DNA from: Syncephalis fuscata S228
Taxonomy: Eukaryota > Fungi > Zoopagomycota
DNA length: 64,000 bases
Direction of reading: 5' to 3'
Assembly: GCA_025786725.1 (NCBI GenBank)
Contig: JAHLTZ010000009.1
Span: 372,001-436,000 of the forward strand
Every line of letters begins with the position of its first letter. The stretch's first letter is position 1. Made by a program: the position numbers and the translations under genes. The notes under the pieces were generated by a model. That model did not search any database and was not told where the DNA came from. It saw nothing but the letters and a program-made list of their open reading frames with translations. This document shows, one piece after another, positions 27,804 through 43,176 of the stretch.

Positions 27804-28830
27804 ATGGATGTTAAATGGGTAGCATTTGCTACTAGATTAATAAATACTTCTTTATATACCTTGGCAAAGTATACATATATAGTGTTGTTGGTGGACAAAA
27901 GAGGTGCAATAACTATCTAGAGAAGCTCCTCAAGCCTGATTAACGGACTTTCAGCGTCGAATTGCATGCCATGTATTATTATTGTTGATTTTACCCGTAA
28001 TTTATCTGTAGCTATTAAAACTCTTAGATCACAGTTTAAACGTTTATCGAAATGGTGCTGTTTATTTACAGCGGTGCTAGGTGTTGCAATTGCTGTAAAT
28101 ATTGTATTGGTAGCATTTGTTAGAAAGGTTAATTGCAGACAAGCAGCCGGGATCGACCTTATAAAACCTTGTCTATCCATTATTGTTAATAGTTTTACAT
28201 TGTTGCATAAAGTATATCTAACGCTAATTCGACGATACTGGGCAATGATCTGTGGAATTTTATTTACAATATTGGAAGTTGCGGCTATGTTAAACTCTTT
28301 ATGGATAGTGAAAATTGCTACAGAAGCGTACAGTGGTTGCGTTGTTTGTTACAGTCCTTTATCATATACACATGGATTGCTGCTATTGCACCAATTATTG
28401 CATTTTTCAGCGATATTTACGTATATGTCCTACCAATAATATAAGATATTTGGCTCAAGAACATGAAAAAATCTAGTTGAAAATGGAATGCAAGTCATGT
28501 GCATAGTAATACGATGCAGCACAGTATGTGGCGTTGCTATTGTATCCAAGCTATTTGGCAACTTTTCGCAGTTTTTCGCAGTTTTTCTTCATGGCTGACT
28601 GGCAAGATAACTACATGTTGCAAAATTAAAACTAATTTAATTTTTAGGGTGGTTACATCAACCGTACTGATCAACCATTGTGCTACAGAATCTAAAACCG
28701 CACGGCTGTTCATCAACCCAAGTGAATTTACTAGTGAGTTTAACAGTGTATACAGATAAATGTAAAAGAAACAATAGCAGCTTATCGTGAGCACATTCTT
28801 AATATTACTAATTTTACAATATGCCGCTAA
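27804..28830 (+). pseudogene. 7TM GPCR-like family member 8, decayed
   Basis: Recognisable WCCL/NCR/LHKVY/GC motifs, but several frameshifts, TAA at 28437, TGA in place of the conserved Trp, a short tandem duplication at ~28563-28584 and a GC in place of the GT donor. Confidence 0.85.
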
Positions 28831-29104
28831 ATGATAATATCTATTTTATAGTTTAATAAATTAGTAATGTCAGATGATATACCAAAAATAGCTCCTAGCA
28901 GTATTTTGCCTGTCCTAAATTGCCATGCGTTTTTTCAGCGATAAAGAAGCGCAACCGGACCAACAACCGGTTTTATTCCATGTGCAGTTCTCGGTCTCGC
29001 CTCGCTTTCCATCCTTTTATTCAACTCCATACTATATTCTTACCTTCAGTATTATTCGCAGTTAGACGTGTAAATTTTTTTACCTTTATTAAACAACAAA
29101 CACC

Positions 29105-30163
29105 ATGGTATATGATTCGGCTAAATTCGATGATGATTCATGGAAGGTCAATGCTACTAAATGGCATGGTGTTCCGTTATATCCGGCCGGCGAAATACCA
29201 TTAGTCGATTTTTTTAATGGAAAACAAGAAAACTATTCGTTATCCCACAGCGCCATTCAAGCGCGGATGGCAGTCGTATATCCACAGATGACGCTTGCTT
29301 TGTCTGTATCTCTTATTTTTATGCGCAACTTAAGACGCTCTGTAAAGTTGCTAATAGCACAACCACATAATCTATCGGGATGGTGCTGCCTCGTTCCATC
29401 CATTTGTGGCGCAAGTCTTTTTATCTGCATCTCTATGCTAATGCTGTCCAATGAAATGAACTGCAGGAAAGCTGTTTGGTATATTGCGTTTATGATCAGC
29501 ATTTCGCTTGTATTCAACACTGCAGTTGTGCTCCAGCGCGCTTACCTAGCATTATGCCAAAAATTTTGGATAGCAGTAGTTGGTGTGCTATTTTCATTGC
29601 CCCAACTAGCCTTTATATATATTGTAGTGTGGTATTCTCCGGTCTCTATAGAGCCAAACGATGGCTGTGTCATCCATTATCCCGATTTTCTGGCATGGTT
29701 CTGGGCCGGCGCATCCATCCCCATCAATGCTTTTTTAACAGCAGTATTCAGTTACATCACATATAATCAATACAATCTCTACGGCTCTGATGCCTGGAAA
29801 CGACTGGCACGCGATGGCATTCAGGCCATGGTTTTAGTTATATCTTGCAACGTGGTTTGTACGCTGATTCTTTTATCCAAAGTAGCCGGATCTTTTACGG
29901 AAATGTTTTTTGTAATTGATTGGTACGTATAGTTTTTTTATAGCACAAATATAATAACTAACATACTGTTCAGGCTGATTACGTCTATCGTTCTAGTCAA
30001 TCATAGTAGCAGTATACGTAAAGCGGCCAAGTCAGTTGCAGCACCTAGAAGTCAAAAAGATAAACCAGCAAGCGCCGACATTGATTTGGGAGCGACAATA
30101 ACCACCGCCTATAGACCTTTTACCACCGTTAACAGTGCTAGCAAATATTCACGTCTTCATTAA
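29105..30163 (+). CDS. 7TM GPCR-like family member 9
   Basis: Same motifs (LQRAY, YGSDAWKRLARDGIQ) and intron; divergent C-tail ending YSRLH*. Confidence 0.85.
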
Positions 30164-30283
30164 CATTTTTCTAATACCAATACAATTAATAACATCTTGC
30201 GCAAATAAATAAATAAAAATACATTCTATTTTTATACAATAGTTCTATTTTATTTTTCTACAGCTCTATTTGTCACCGTCGCT

Positions 30284-32578
<2,295 letters not shown>

Positions 32579-33249
32579 TCGATTGTGAATAAATTTATAT
32601 TCTTAATTAGTTAAAATCATTGTTGCCATTAAAGTGGCTATTTTTTTACTTATGATACTGCATTTACACACTAAATATTTTTAAATTCGATAAAATATAT
32701 AGCATTAAACGTAATATAATGTTTATTTAGTTTAGTTGTTGTGACCAAAAACAGTCAAGCAAAGATGTTGTTGACAAAGCAGAGAAAGGTACACAGTGAG
32801 ATCAGAGTGATGTTGTAGGCGCCGCTACTTTTTACTAACCTATGCGATACAAAGAGGTAATAATGCATCGTAAAAGTATTTCATTTAGTAGTATGTAATT
32901 AGCTCCGTTAATTAAGAAAGAAAAAGAGATTGTTTAGAGCGAAAGCCGCGGAGGACTACAGGTGATCTTGTATGTACTATCAATTCGTTAATTTTTTAAG
33001 TGTTGCTGAATTCAATAATTTCAAAACATTATCCAAAATGAGCAGCTTATAAAAGTGTGCTTATATAGTTTATTATGATCTCTGCAAGAGGTAGTGGTGA
33101 TACTACAGGTATTTTATCATTGCCGACAGGATATCGCGATATTCTGTTCTTTTCATCCATACAAAAATTTCTATACTTAATTGGCTTGTTGTCTAATCTT
33201 GACTTCAAGTTGTAGTATGGTGCGTCAGGCGGTGTTTTATTTGTATATG

Positions 33250-33790
33250 TGGAATCATTATCAAAAGATACCCCCTAGTAATTAGTGTCTGTATTAATAT
33301 CAACAACAATATTTCAATTAACCAATTAGTGTTTTATTTTTAAACATCTTATAATTTACTTTTAGAAGCTACATCGTAATGCATAATACCGGCACGACAC
33401 AAATATAACATATCTATATTTAATTATACAATTAACGATCTGCTATTCAAACATAAGAAATATTTGTTCTGCGTTACTTGCTAAATATCTTTAGTAAATA
33501 TCTTGCCTTGTATTGCTAGTCTTTACCAATAGTAAGCGCATCCAATGCTTAAGCAGGTGCATTTGTGTAAATAAAGCAGCTATTTTTTATATGTTTGAAT
33601 TTTCTTGAATATTAAGTCGATTTAATGGATGTATGGCGTTATCTTTCTTGCTATAATAAATTGCAAAGGATTTTTGAGTTCAAGCAATATCTAATCATTA
33701 TATGAGTAAAATTCTATGTCTATACCAATTTCGCTCTTACACCAAAAGCATTAATTTCAATTGTAATAACTTGTAATATACATTTAGTAT
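33250..33790 (-). pseudogene. Decayed paralog of the kinase-like gene at 1-848
   Basis: Nucleotide similarity to 40-520 including intron positions; in-frame stops TGG>TAG (33516-33518) and GAA>TAA (33549-33551) plus deletions. Confidence 0.8.
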
Positions 33791-34244
33791 AAGCGTACGA
33801 TAGCTATGAGTATATGATTTATATTCAAGTTTCACTTTAGATTTCAATATTATACTAAAGTTCAGCAATTAGAGCTAAAAGCAAAAGCTTACTACATAGC
33901 AGTTTCAGTCATGCAAAAAACAACAATTTGATGTTAGTTTTCAGCAATAGTACCAAGTCATTGAATAAGAAAATATAATGTATTGATTGTCCACACAATC
34001 GATGCGTGTAATTAAGTTACTACGTTTGGATATAGCATTGTATTTGAATAATGTTGTATTTCTGATTGGACAAAATGCAATACTTCTTTGTTTATTTGGT
34101 AGTAAACTAATAAGATACTGATCAATTAGCATTGGTTAGTTGGATTTATAATGGGATATTAGTCAAGCAAAAATTAAATGCTCAGTTTTTACCATTAATT
34201 AACAATTAAATAACTATGGTCATTGTGATTGGTAGACCGGAGGT

Positions 34245-34254
34245 ATCGGATGAC
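34245..34254 (-). promoter_or_regulatory. Possible sterol regulatory element (GTCATCCGAT) with adjacent CCAAT box upstream of MVD1
   Basis: Fits an RTCANNCGAY SRE-like pattern; inverted CCAAT at 34228-34232; upstream of a mevalonate pathway gene. Confidence 0.3.
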
Positions 34255-34389
34255 GCGCGCTTTAAAACAATGGCCAAGCAGCACACAAATACGCCATTAA
34301 ACCATTATCACGACCTTTGTCTTTCACTTTTACTATTGTTACTAAATCATAGCTTATTATTAAAGGCCGTATAAATAACCGAATCTATT

Positions 34390-35610
34390 ATGGCGACTCC
34401 TGTAACTGTGACATGTACGGCACCAGTTAATATTGCTGTGGTCAAATACTGGGGAAAACGAGACACAGCACTGAATTTGCCTACCAATAGCTCATTGTCG
34501 GTCACGCTTTCACAAGACCGTATGTTTAGTAAAACGACAGCACAAGCCTCGCCCGACCTGACCGACGACCGGTTCTGGCTTAATGGTGTTGAGACAGATA
34601 TTGCAAGTAACGCGCGGATGGTCCGTTGTCTTGCCGAATGTCGTCGTTTACGTCAAATCCAAGAAGAACATAGCACGGATGAAGACGAGAAAACAAAAGA
34701 GATGTGGCGCTGGGGCGTACGCATTGCATCGCGTAATAGCTTTCCAACGGCTGCTGGCCTTGCATCATCAGCCTCAGGCTATGCTTGTTTAGTAAAAACA
34801 CTCGCCGAATTATACGCATTACGGGTCAGCGCGGATACACTATCAGGCATTGCCCGTCAAGGATCCGGATCGGCATGTCGGTCGTTGCAAGGCGGATTTG
34901 TTGCTTGGGATCACGGTGTGCGCGCTGACGGTACTGACTCACTGGCCCGTCAAGTTGCATCGCGCGATCACTGGCCCGAACTTGAAGCAATTATTTGCGT
35001 GGTGAATGCTGGTCGTAAAGCGACACCAAGTACAGCTGGTATGCAGCGTACTGTCGCTACGTCTGAGCTATTCACGCATCGTATTTCTTGTGTACCTGAG
35101 CGTATGCGCGCTATGGAAGCGGCAATTGCTGCGCGTGATTTCACCGCTTTTGCCAATCTAACGATGAAGGATTCAAATCAATTCCACGCCTGTTGTCTTG
35201 ATACATTCCCGCCTGTTGTTTATTTGTCTGACGTATCGCATGCGATTATTCGACTTGTTGAGGCTTTCAATCATCGTGGTGTACGTGCAGCCTACACCTT
35301 TGATGCCGGACCAAATGCTGTTATCTATACGTTGAAGCAGCATGCAGCTGATTTAGTAGCGGCAATTGTCCATCATTTCCCTACTAATAATCTAGCAGAT
35401 TATTTCGAAGATCCATATAAAATTATATCAAACCAACCTGGTGAAACTTCAATACATAGTCCTATATCACATGAATCAGCTGAATTGCCTATCTATCCCA
35501 TTGGTTCAGTAAAGCAATTAATTCATGTGCGTGTAGGCGATGGCCCACAAGTATTGGACGATACACAACATTTATTGAATCAGCAAGGCCAATTAATAGC
35601 AGATAATTAA
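34390..35610 (+). CDS. MVD1: Diphosphomevalonate decarboxylase
   Basis: APVNIAVVKYWGKRD, NSFPTAAGLASSASG, RQGSGSACRS, YTFDAGPNAV; intronless. Confidence 0.98.
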   Translation: MATPVTVTCTAPVNIAVVKYWGKRDTALNLPTNSSLSVTLSQDRMFSKTTAQASPDLTDDRFWLNGVETDIASNARMVRCLAECRRLRQIQEEHSTDEDEKTKEMWRWGVRIASRNSFPTAAGLASSASGYACLVKTLAELYALRVSADTLSGIARQGSGSACRSLQGGFVAWDHGVRADGTDSLARQVASRDHWPELEAIICVVNAGRKATPSTAGMQRTVATSELFTHRISCVPERMRAMEAAIAARDFTAFANLTMKDSNQFHACCLDTFPPVVYLSDVSHAIIRLVEAFNHRGVRAAYTFDAGPNAVIYTLKQHAADLVAAIVHHFPTNNLADYFEDPYKIISNQPGETSIHSPISHESAELPIYPIGSVKQLIHVRVGDGPQVLDDTQHLLNQQGQLIADN

Positions 35611-35722
35611 TAACTAATAACTAATAAAAGTATATGTCTATTTGATTCTTGGTTGCTTTTCTTATTGTCTTACCACTACTGATATTTCATACCATAATCA
35701 ACAAATTCAACGCAGTTTGTAG

Positions 35723-36520
35723 ATCAAATGGCCAAGTTTAAGCATATTTGCACAATTGAACTACACATTCTCTCTATTGAACATAATGATGGATGGTGAG
35801 TGACATGAAGCATTAAATACTCGTCATTCTATATCTTCTATTTGCCACATCATTTCCATTTTATATCTATACTATAGTATGTCATTCTATTATATGATAA
35901 ATACATTTTATTTGCTACAGTTTTCAAGTACATATAGATTGATGATTGTGATAAACAAATTAAATTGAAATTTATTAATAACAAACTAGCAATAAAAACA
36001 TCAGTTTGACTAGCAGGTGGTCATTATGCAATAAATTGATACATAGAATACCAAATATGTAATAAAAAATGACGATAAGCCATGTTACAGCTATAGTGCA
36101 TATATATATATATATATGATTAATGAGCGGAATCAGTCGACATTTACAAATAATAAAGCTAGAACAGAAATAATAACAGCTTTGAGTAGACGAGAATTAA
36201 AAGGGTATAAAATGATATATAAAATGACATATGAAATGATGTCAAAGCTATAGTGTGTATAATGTAGTGAGTGGAATGAGTGAAGATATTGGAACATATA
36301 ATGAACAGAATGTATTAGTATATTATAGAATGATATATAATAGTGTAGATAAAATAGAAATGATATAAATAAATAGAGGATATATGTGTATTAAATGAAT
36401 AATCTACGATGAAAAGTATTTTAAACTTTAATGTCACTCATCACTCAGTTCCATCTTTAATAAAACAATTTTGGCTTAGTTACGCGAATATTGGCAACTA
36501 TAGCCATTTGACACCCAAAT
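35723..36520 (-). mobile_element. ~790-bp non-coding repeat, MITE-like, copy A
   Basis: Near-identical reverse complement of 55283-56069; imperfect terminal inverted repeat TCAAATGGC...GCCATTTGA; no ORF. Confidence 0.7.
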
Positions 36521-36630
36521 GACATTAAATAATTAGCAAACAATATAAAAAAGCAATAGCTATTGTTAATTTTTTAGTTCTACACGTCACTTCAATACTA
36601 CATTATAACAGTATCATTGTAGCCATACAG

Positions 36631-37609
36631 TTACGGTATAATTGGTGCTGGTTCTGTTGGTATTTCACCTTCTTCTAATAATGATGTATCATTATTGTTA
36701 TTATTATCGCGAGCCTGTTCTAGTTGTAAAAGGCGATTGCTTAATGTGCACATTTGAGCAAATACATCACTCGTAATACATTGATCGACTGCCTCTAATC
36801 CTCCTTCCAATTCTCCTGGCGATAAGTAGCGTACAGTAAGGCCTAATAGACTATCGCGTCGTTCGACATCATTCCATTGTGGTATCGATAGCAGTGTTAT
36901 CCAATCACGAATAAAACTATCGCACGCTTTATAAGCATGATCAGGCAGTAGATGTGTACGAACAAGCACCAATAGTGCAGAAAGCGTTTGTTCGTATGTA
37001 TCTGGATCATCAATAGGTAGTCTACTTGTAGATTCGGCGGAGAGTGTTGATAATGAGCCATGGCGATGAGCAGGTGGTTTTGGGTAATCATAGAGCAAAG
37101 ATTCTGCTGTATCAATGCTTGATAATGGCTGTTCCATATGTGTTGTCATATTAGCTGGATGATTAAATGGTACTGGATGTGCACCAACACGATGAAGACC
37201 AAACTTAACTTGGGATTGATGTGTCGATACAGGCGAGTTATTTTGTTCTTTACTTATATCTACATCATTAGACGATAGATGAGGATGTTGTTGATGGGTA
37301 GTAGTCTGTTGTGGCATATCCACCGTACTATCTGGTGTAGTCGCTTCTGTATCGCTTGAATCTACACTAGAATTCACTGATAATGGTAGTGCATTTGCTG
37401 TTACCGCAGAGGGTGGCGCTTCATGTATAGCTCGACTGCCCATTTCCCTGCTAATCTTTTAATACAGTTTATTAAATAATATCAAACACATACTTTGGAT
37501 CAATGTATCCATTTAATGTAGGAAGCGAACCTTTCTCACCAGGTGCACAAGGCAGTTCGCCATTATGCATTGAAAAATCACGACTATAATTCATATTGCT
37601 AAACACCAT
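36631..37609 (-). CDS. Hypothetical protein (disordered N-half, helical C-terminal domain)
   Basis: 270-aa ORF 36631-37443 plus a probable short upstream exon from ATG 37609; no family recognised. Confidence 0.55.
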
Positions 37610-37809
37610 GAAAGAATACGAAAAAGCAAAGCTGAATACCACTGAAACTCATCGTTGACGCCTATCTTTGTTTGCTAAACATGACTGAAACCTTAATGTC
37701 TGACTTTATTTGGTAAAAAATAGTCATTCCATTTAGTATGCATTTACGCATATACATACTGGAATAGTATAATCTATTTAAAGATGCTCACAAGCTAGCA
37801 TCAATGCAT

Positions 37810-38917
37810 TTACGGGCTGGTCTTATCCATATGGACCACCACCGTGTCGGAACGTGTCTCTGCTTCAATCTCTTCGGCCGTCTCTTCCTCTACTGTCTTT
37901 CGTGCTCCTTTGGTTTTTTGTTTACTTGCTTCAGTGTCATGATCGTCGTCATCGTCTTCTTCATCGGCAATGTCAAATATTGGTTCACCAACAGGTAAAT
38001 TGCCGCCTAATCCCGTTTCTCGTTGACGACCACCACCACCACCTACTTGACCTAGTTGAATGTGATCACCACGACCACTGGCACCGCCACCTACTACACG
38101 GAAGCCATGACCTTCTTCATCTTCGTCATCATCAAGAGCAAAGGCATCTTCAGCGTCCTGTTCGTTGCTAGGCAGCTCTTGTAATCCGTATCGTTGATTC
38201 TCCGAGGTTGGTCGCCAGAAGAAGGCAATGAGCGTGAATACAACAAAGTACTCGGTATTCAGCCACCCATCCAGTATAAACCATTGGTAGTGCCAACGAC
38301 GAGCCACCCAGTCTGGATCATTTTGATGCGTTACTGATGCCGTGTTGACTACAAAGAATAGACCCAGTAGAATAACTGAAAAAATTAATATACGCCACAA
38401 ACGAGTGTACATTGCCAGTTTAACATGCTGTTTACGCGTTTCTAATAGCTGGGTGGTGGCGGTAAGCCCATTGAGAATGTACTGTACAGAGTTAAGAATT
38501 TTTTTAAATAATATACGCTAGTTTCATCATCTCTTAAAAAGGATATCCAAAAGTAGAATATGGTCATAGTAATTGATAGTGGTAGAACAAATACAATAAC
38601 CAATAGACCGGCTGTCTCCGGGGTAGTTAGCATAGTACCAGATGCATATAATGCGCCGCATACGAAATGAACATAGGTTAGTAGTTTACACCGGAACATA
38701 GCACCGCCCAATGAAGGCCTGTAATATCAATTGTAGACGATAATAGTTGGTTTAACCATAAATATATCAGTTAAATAAACAAATAATACTAAATACTTAC
38801 CGAACTACACCATAACCAAGAGAAACGATCAATAGTAGGAAGAATGACAGACTGTTACGCCAGCATTAAGTATAGCCAGTATAATCATTAGAGCAAGCGC
38901 TAATAGCCATATCGATC

Positions 38918-38957
<40 letters not shown>

Positions 38958-40049
38958 GCAGTAATTGATCAATGGTAACTTACAAGGCTCGCCTCGACTA
39001 TTATAATCCTCCCAAAATCCGTAATGCATTGCCATTTCTACTGTCAAGAAAAACATAACACCACCAATATAGTTCTATAATAAAGTGTGATTAAACAATA
39101 ATTATATTATATTGATTATTGATAACGCCATTTACCTGTACCGGTAAAATATCTGACCAGTTATAATATGATTTTGTTGCCCAAGCAATAAACATAATAA
39201 GATATGTAAGGGAAAATACACCGTAAAACTAGATATTATACATATTAACATTACAATATTAATAGACTATGTATGCTGGTCACTTACAATCAACTTTGGG
39301 TACTCGGATGGAGGTGCTTTACCAAATGGACTCTCCCAAAATACATGAGCATCAAAGTTTTCGAGTGAGACGGTATTAACACAATACCATCCAGTACGTG
39401 TGATATTGTACCGAATGTCATATGGCTCAGACTGGTTTGTACGAACATGTACAGATTCCGTATATATCATAGGCATTTCTCCGGCGATAGGTGTACTGAG
39501 AAATTGGCCACGTTGTGTCTCGTTACAAATCTTGAAATCAATTGCTTCATCGTCGCAAATATACGTTTTGGGGCGCTATGGATGGCCAGTCATTATGTCG
39601 TCAACATACAATTATTAAATGCTTACTTTGGTGTCATTTTTTGGAAAAACGCCCAAGGCTGCCTCATCTCTCCAATCGTAGATAACGATCGAAATATCGG
39701 CGTTGTTGGCTGGCTTTTCCGGAAATTGGACTAATGACGTTGATTAATAGATGAACAGATTAATCAACTCTGACCAGCTAGCACTACCATTAATACTTAC
39801 CATGAACATAGGAGTCACGCGATCCAGCAACGTCACCCTTTGCGTACATGCCTTGACAGAGCATAGTGGTGCCGGTACTGCCGCCCTAAATAACGATCAC
39901 AAAGCTAGTTAGCTGGCCGATTAAGCGCGTAGTTGTCCAGCTCATCCTACCAGATGCTGATGGAACGCCATAACATTGCTGTTGGCCAGTGTCAATAGGC
40001 CCAGCCAGCAGCCGAATGACCACGTCTTTTGTCGCCAACTTGGCCACAT
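37810..40049 (-). CDS. PTM1: Ptm1/TMEM87 (Lung_7-TM_R, GOST family) membrane protein
   Basis: Signal peptide, TGWYCV, LNAGRNSLSFFLLLIVSLGYGVVRP, KQHVKLAMYTRLW, FWRPTSENQRY; many introns including U12-type 38479-38546. Confidence 0.9.
38479..38546 (-). other. U12-type (minor spliceosome) AT-AC intron
   Basis: 5' site ATATCCTTT, branch TTCTTAAC (38498-38491), 3' TAC; removal gives in-frame FYFW|ILNGLTATTQLLETRKQHVKLAMY. Confidence 0.9.
38921..38958. repeat. (AAT)n microsatellite in a PTM1 intron
   Basis: Directly visible. Confidence 0.9.
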
Positions 40050-40922
40050 TGCTGTTTATAAACTATATTGCTTGCTGAATGCCAAGAACAATAGAGAGGA
40101 AAATGCTTTGATAATAAAACTTCTTTTCCAGCTAGTAGCGCTACTACTATATATACGTCTTAGTTAGACTGGCTTGACAAAAAAGTAAAAAGTTAATGAA
40201 CACGTAGGTGCATTGAAGGAAAGCAGCAACCAGTGGCGATAGTTGTATGTTCAAAGTAACGAGGCGACGGGAGAACTTACGTTGGTCACGATGATTGGAT
40301 GGCAGATCTATATTATGTTACATTGTGATATAGCCGTTGCCGGAGACAAACCCAATGCGACCATTGCATAGTTAATTCTACGTTCTTTTATTTTATTTAT
40401 GATTTACATTGAAGATTTAAATGTAAATTATGATTCTAAAAGTATTTATTTATTTATTATGTTCTATATACTTATTAATATAAGATAAAAAACCATTGAC
40501 CAAATGATATGCTATCTATGAATAGTGAGTATTGTTGTACTGCTCGTCCCCCTTTTAAACACAGGCCAATATATGGCACAGTCATTGTAAAGTTTGATAG
40601 GAAATAACAATGTTTTGTTTTTATGCACAATCTAGTATAATAAAAATACATCAATCTAATGCCAACAAATAAAGTAATAAGATTTGTTTTATATTACTCA
40701 ATAATGGATGTTTATTGAGTGATGTGGCACATATTGAAAGAGAAATTAGAAGGAATAAAGTTTGGTCCAAAATACAAGAATCAGCGGCATCACTACTGAG
40801 CAATAATGGTGGGGATGGTAGTAACGAGTAGATGAAGAGGAGGAAAAAGGACGTGCGTGCTGCTCGACGCCATGGTCGGTCGTCGTGTTACTACTCAATT
40901 GAGTGCTACGCACGTCTCTTTC

Positions 40923-41785
40923 CTAGCAGTCAGGCGTGAATTTGATCCAGTCAAAGTAGGCATACTGAGGAAAGTTGGCTGAACTACTCTTGCCGGCCCA
41001 GTCGCTATAGTCGCTGCCGTCCCAGAGTGTGACTTTGAAGCGCATCGGCTGGTTAGGAAATAGTTCGGCCTCCGATTTCCTTAGTGTGCGAATCACTTGA
41101 CCATCAAATAGCCATCTGAAAAGGGGTAGACATTCGTCGAAAGTTAAATAGTGTCTCTATAGCTAAATAGATTACTTACGAGACTTCATCCTTTTGATAG
41201 TCAATACCATAGACGTGATACTGTTGTGATGTGTCGCTTCCCGTATCGTGGTATACCGGCACTACTTGACCGCGCTGTCCATTGACCCAGTAGAACGACT
41301 GGAACCGGTCTGGATCTTTGCCGACAAATTCAATATCAACCTCGTCTTGGCTACCATCAGGGCCTACGCCACTGCGAAGCTATTCAAAGTAAGTAACACT
41401 GATTTGCAAGCAGCCAAGTAAATCGATGGCTTACATAAAGCGACGTTACAATACCGCTAGTTCGGCCAGTCTTTATTCTTGCCTCAACCTTGCCGGTCCT
41501 GTACTCGAACGTCGGTCCGATGGACGGGCCACATGTCGATGTCACTTTAAGAACTAGATTGCCATTGTCAAGGAATGCATTTTCCTGACAGAAGTTGTTG
41601 TCGAATGATTCTTTGGTAAGCTCGGCGAGGTCTTTTTCTTGGTCAAAATTATACGTAATGGGATTGCAATCCGACTGGGATAACACCGGCTTTCCGAGTG
41701 GTGCCGGCGACAGATTCAATGCCGCATTGGCCAGCATGATTGCTGGCAATAACACCATCATAATGATGGGCACCATGCATAACAT
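40923..41785 (-). CDS. Secreted GH16 glycoside hydrolase/transglycosylase (Crh1/Utr2-like catalytic domain)
   Basis: Signal peptide; GKVEARIKT, GIVTSL, catalytic QDEVDIEFVGKD (ExDxE), YFDWIKF; two introns; no Ser/Thr stalk or GPI tail. Confidence 0.88.
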
Positions 41786-43176
41786 TGACTATTTGTGCAG
41801 ATTAGTAATCGTTTTCTCTTTCCATCCAATGCACACTGACCATTTTAACAATAAAACACTACAAATGACGATACACTAATGTGAAATAGTAATCATTAAT
41901 GCATGTTTTAACATTATTTATATTGTTACAGACTAACGATTTGTAGTTGCCATCTTAAACTTATAAATAAGACTAATATAATCTATAAAACACAAATACA
42001 GCATCTTATGAAATAACATTTAAAATTGGAAGTGTGACTTTCTTGAAACAGGTATGTGTCAGTATGGTGGTGTGTTGCGTATACGTACGTTACCGCAAAG
42101 TATTTGGGGCTATATTGCAGATGGGCATTTACCAATAATTGATACGTTTTACGACACTTTGGATTGTTTGGTTGTTAGGCCAAATTTTGTACGGTTAATC
42201 ACATACATAATCAATACCATCCCTAGTTAATTGATTTCACACAAAATACATTAAATATATGATTGCAATTAATAGCCAGTAGAACATATTGTACCTGTTT
42301 AATTATAAAGCAACCGGTTGGGTATCAGCAATAGTGGTTCTAATGCTGTTTAGCAGAAATTTGGCATCAATACCCATGTGAAGAGCAGCGTGTAGTCTGC
42401 ATTTTCCAGATTTCATCCATATGGTCTCAATGGCAATTTGTACAAATCCAAGCCTGTTTTGCCAAGACGTTGGTGTATTAGCTAGGTTCTAGCTGGTTAA
42501 ACAGTTATTTTTAGTTTTAAATAAATTAAATGTTACTATGTGCACAAAGTAAAATGTGATAGAGCGGTTAGTTTCCTTTTTCCTCACATGATTCAATGAT
42601 GGTGGCGGAATTTAAAAAAACATGCGCTGCTGCAGTTAAGAATGCTTCTAAATAATAGCGCTACTATTGCTTGCCTTTGGCGTGAATTCATCGTGCTGGT
42701 GGGTCTAGCCCCTTTTCCAACGCTGACTGGCCTATCGTTAATAGTAATTACAGCAATAGCTGTGTAGCGTTCACTGTACTTTGTTATACTAATTAAACAG
42801 CTGTATAGGTTTTTATTACAATATTGGCGTATCTTTAATTCCGCCGTATACCTAGTATAAATAAAAATCACTAGACAGTCTTATAAATTGCAGTTTATCG
42901 CAAAGAAAGGCAACCAGCTCCTTTGCTGGTGATACGCCATTTATGCAAAAAACATGTTTACCATCATATGATGCAAAGGACCAGTTTTCACTTATAAAAA
43001 CGCCGTGATTTATCCGGCTACATCTTCAACTCGAGTCTCTTCAATTCGTCCTGCCTATTCAATTTAGTTTAGAAAGCTTTTCTCTTACACTTGCTCCACA
43101 TTAATTTATTTGTAATTATTCTCAATTTAATATCTACATTATACATACATTCATAATACTCAAAACACTTACTAAA

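Noticed and set aside
42313-42770. Extra AACCGGTT at ~42313 and a short hydrophobic frame (WRNLKKHALLQ...) as a 15th receptor relic
   Set aside because: Resemblance is too weak to support by eye; would need TBLASTN.
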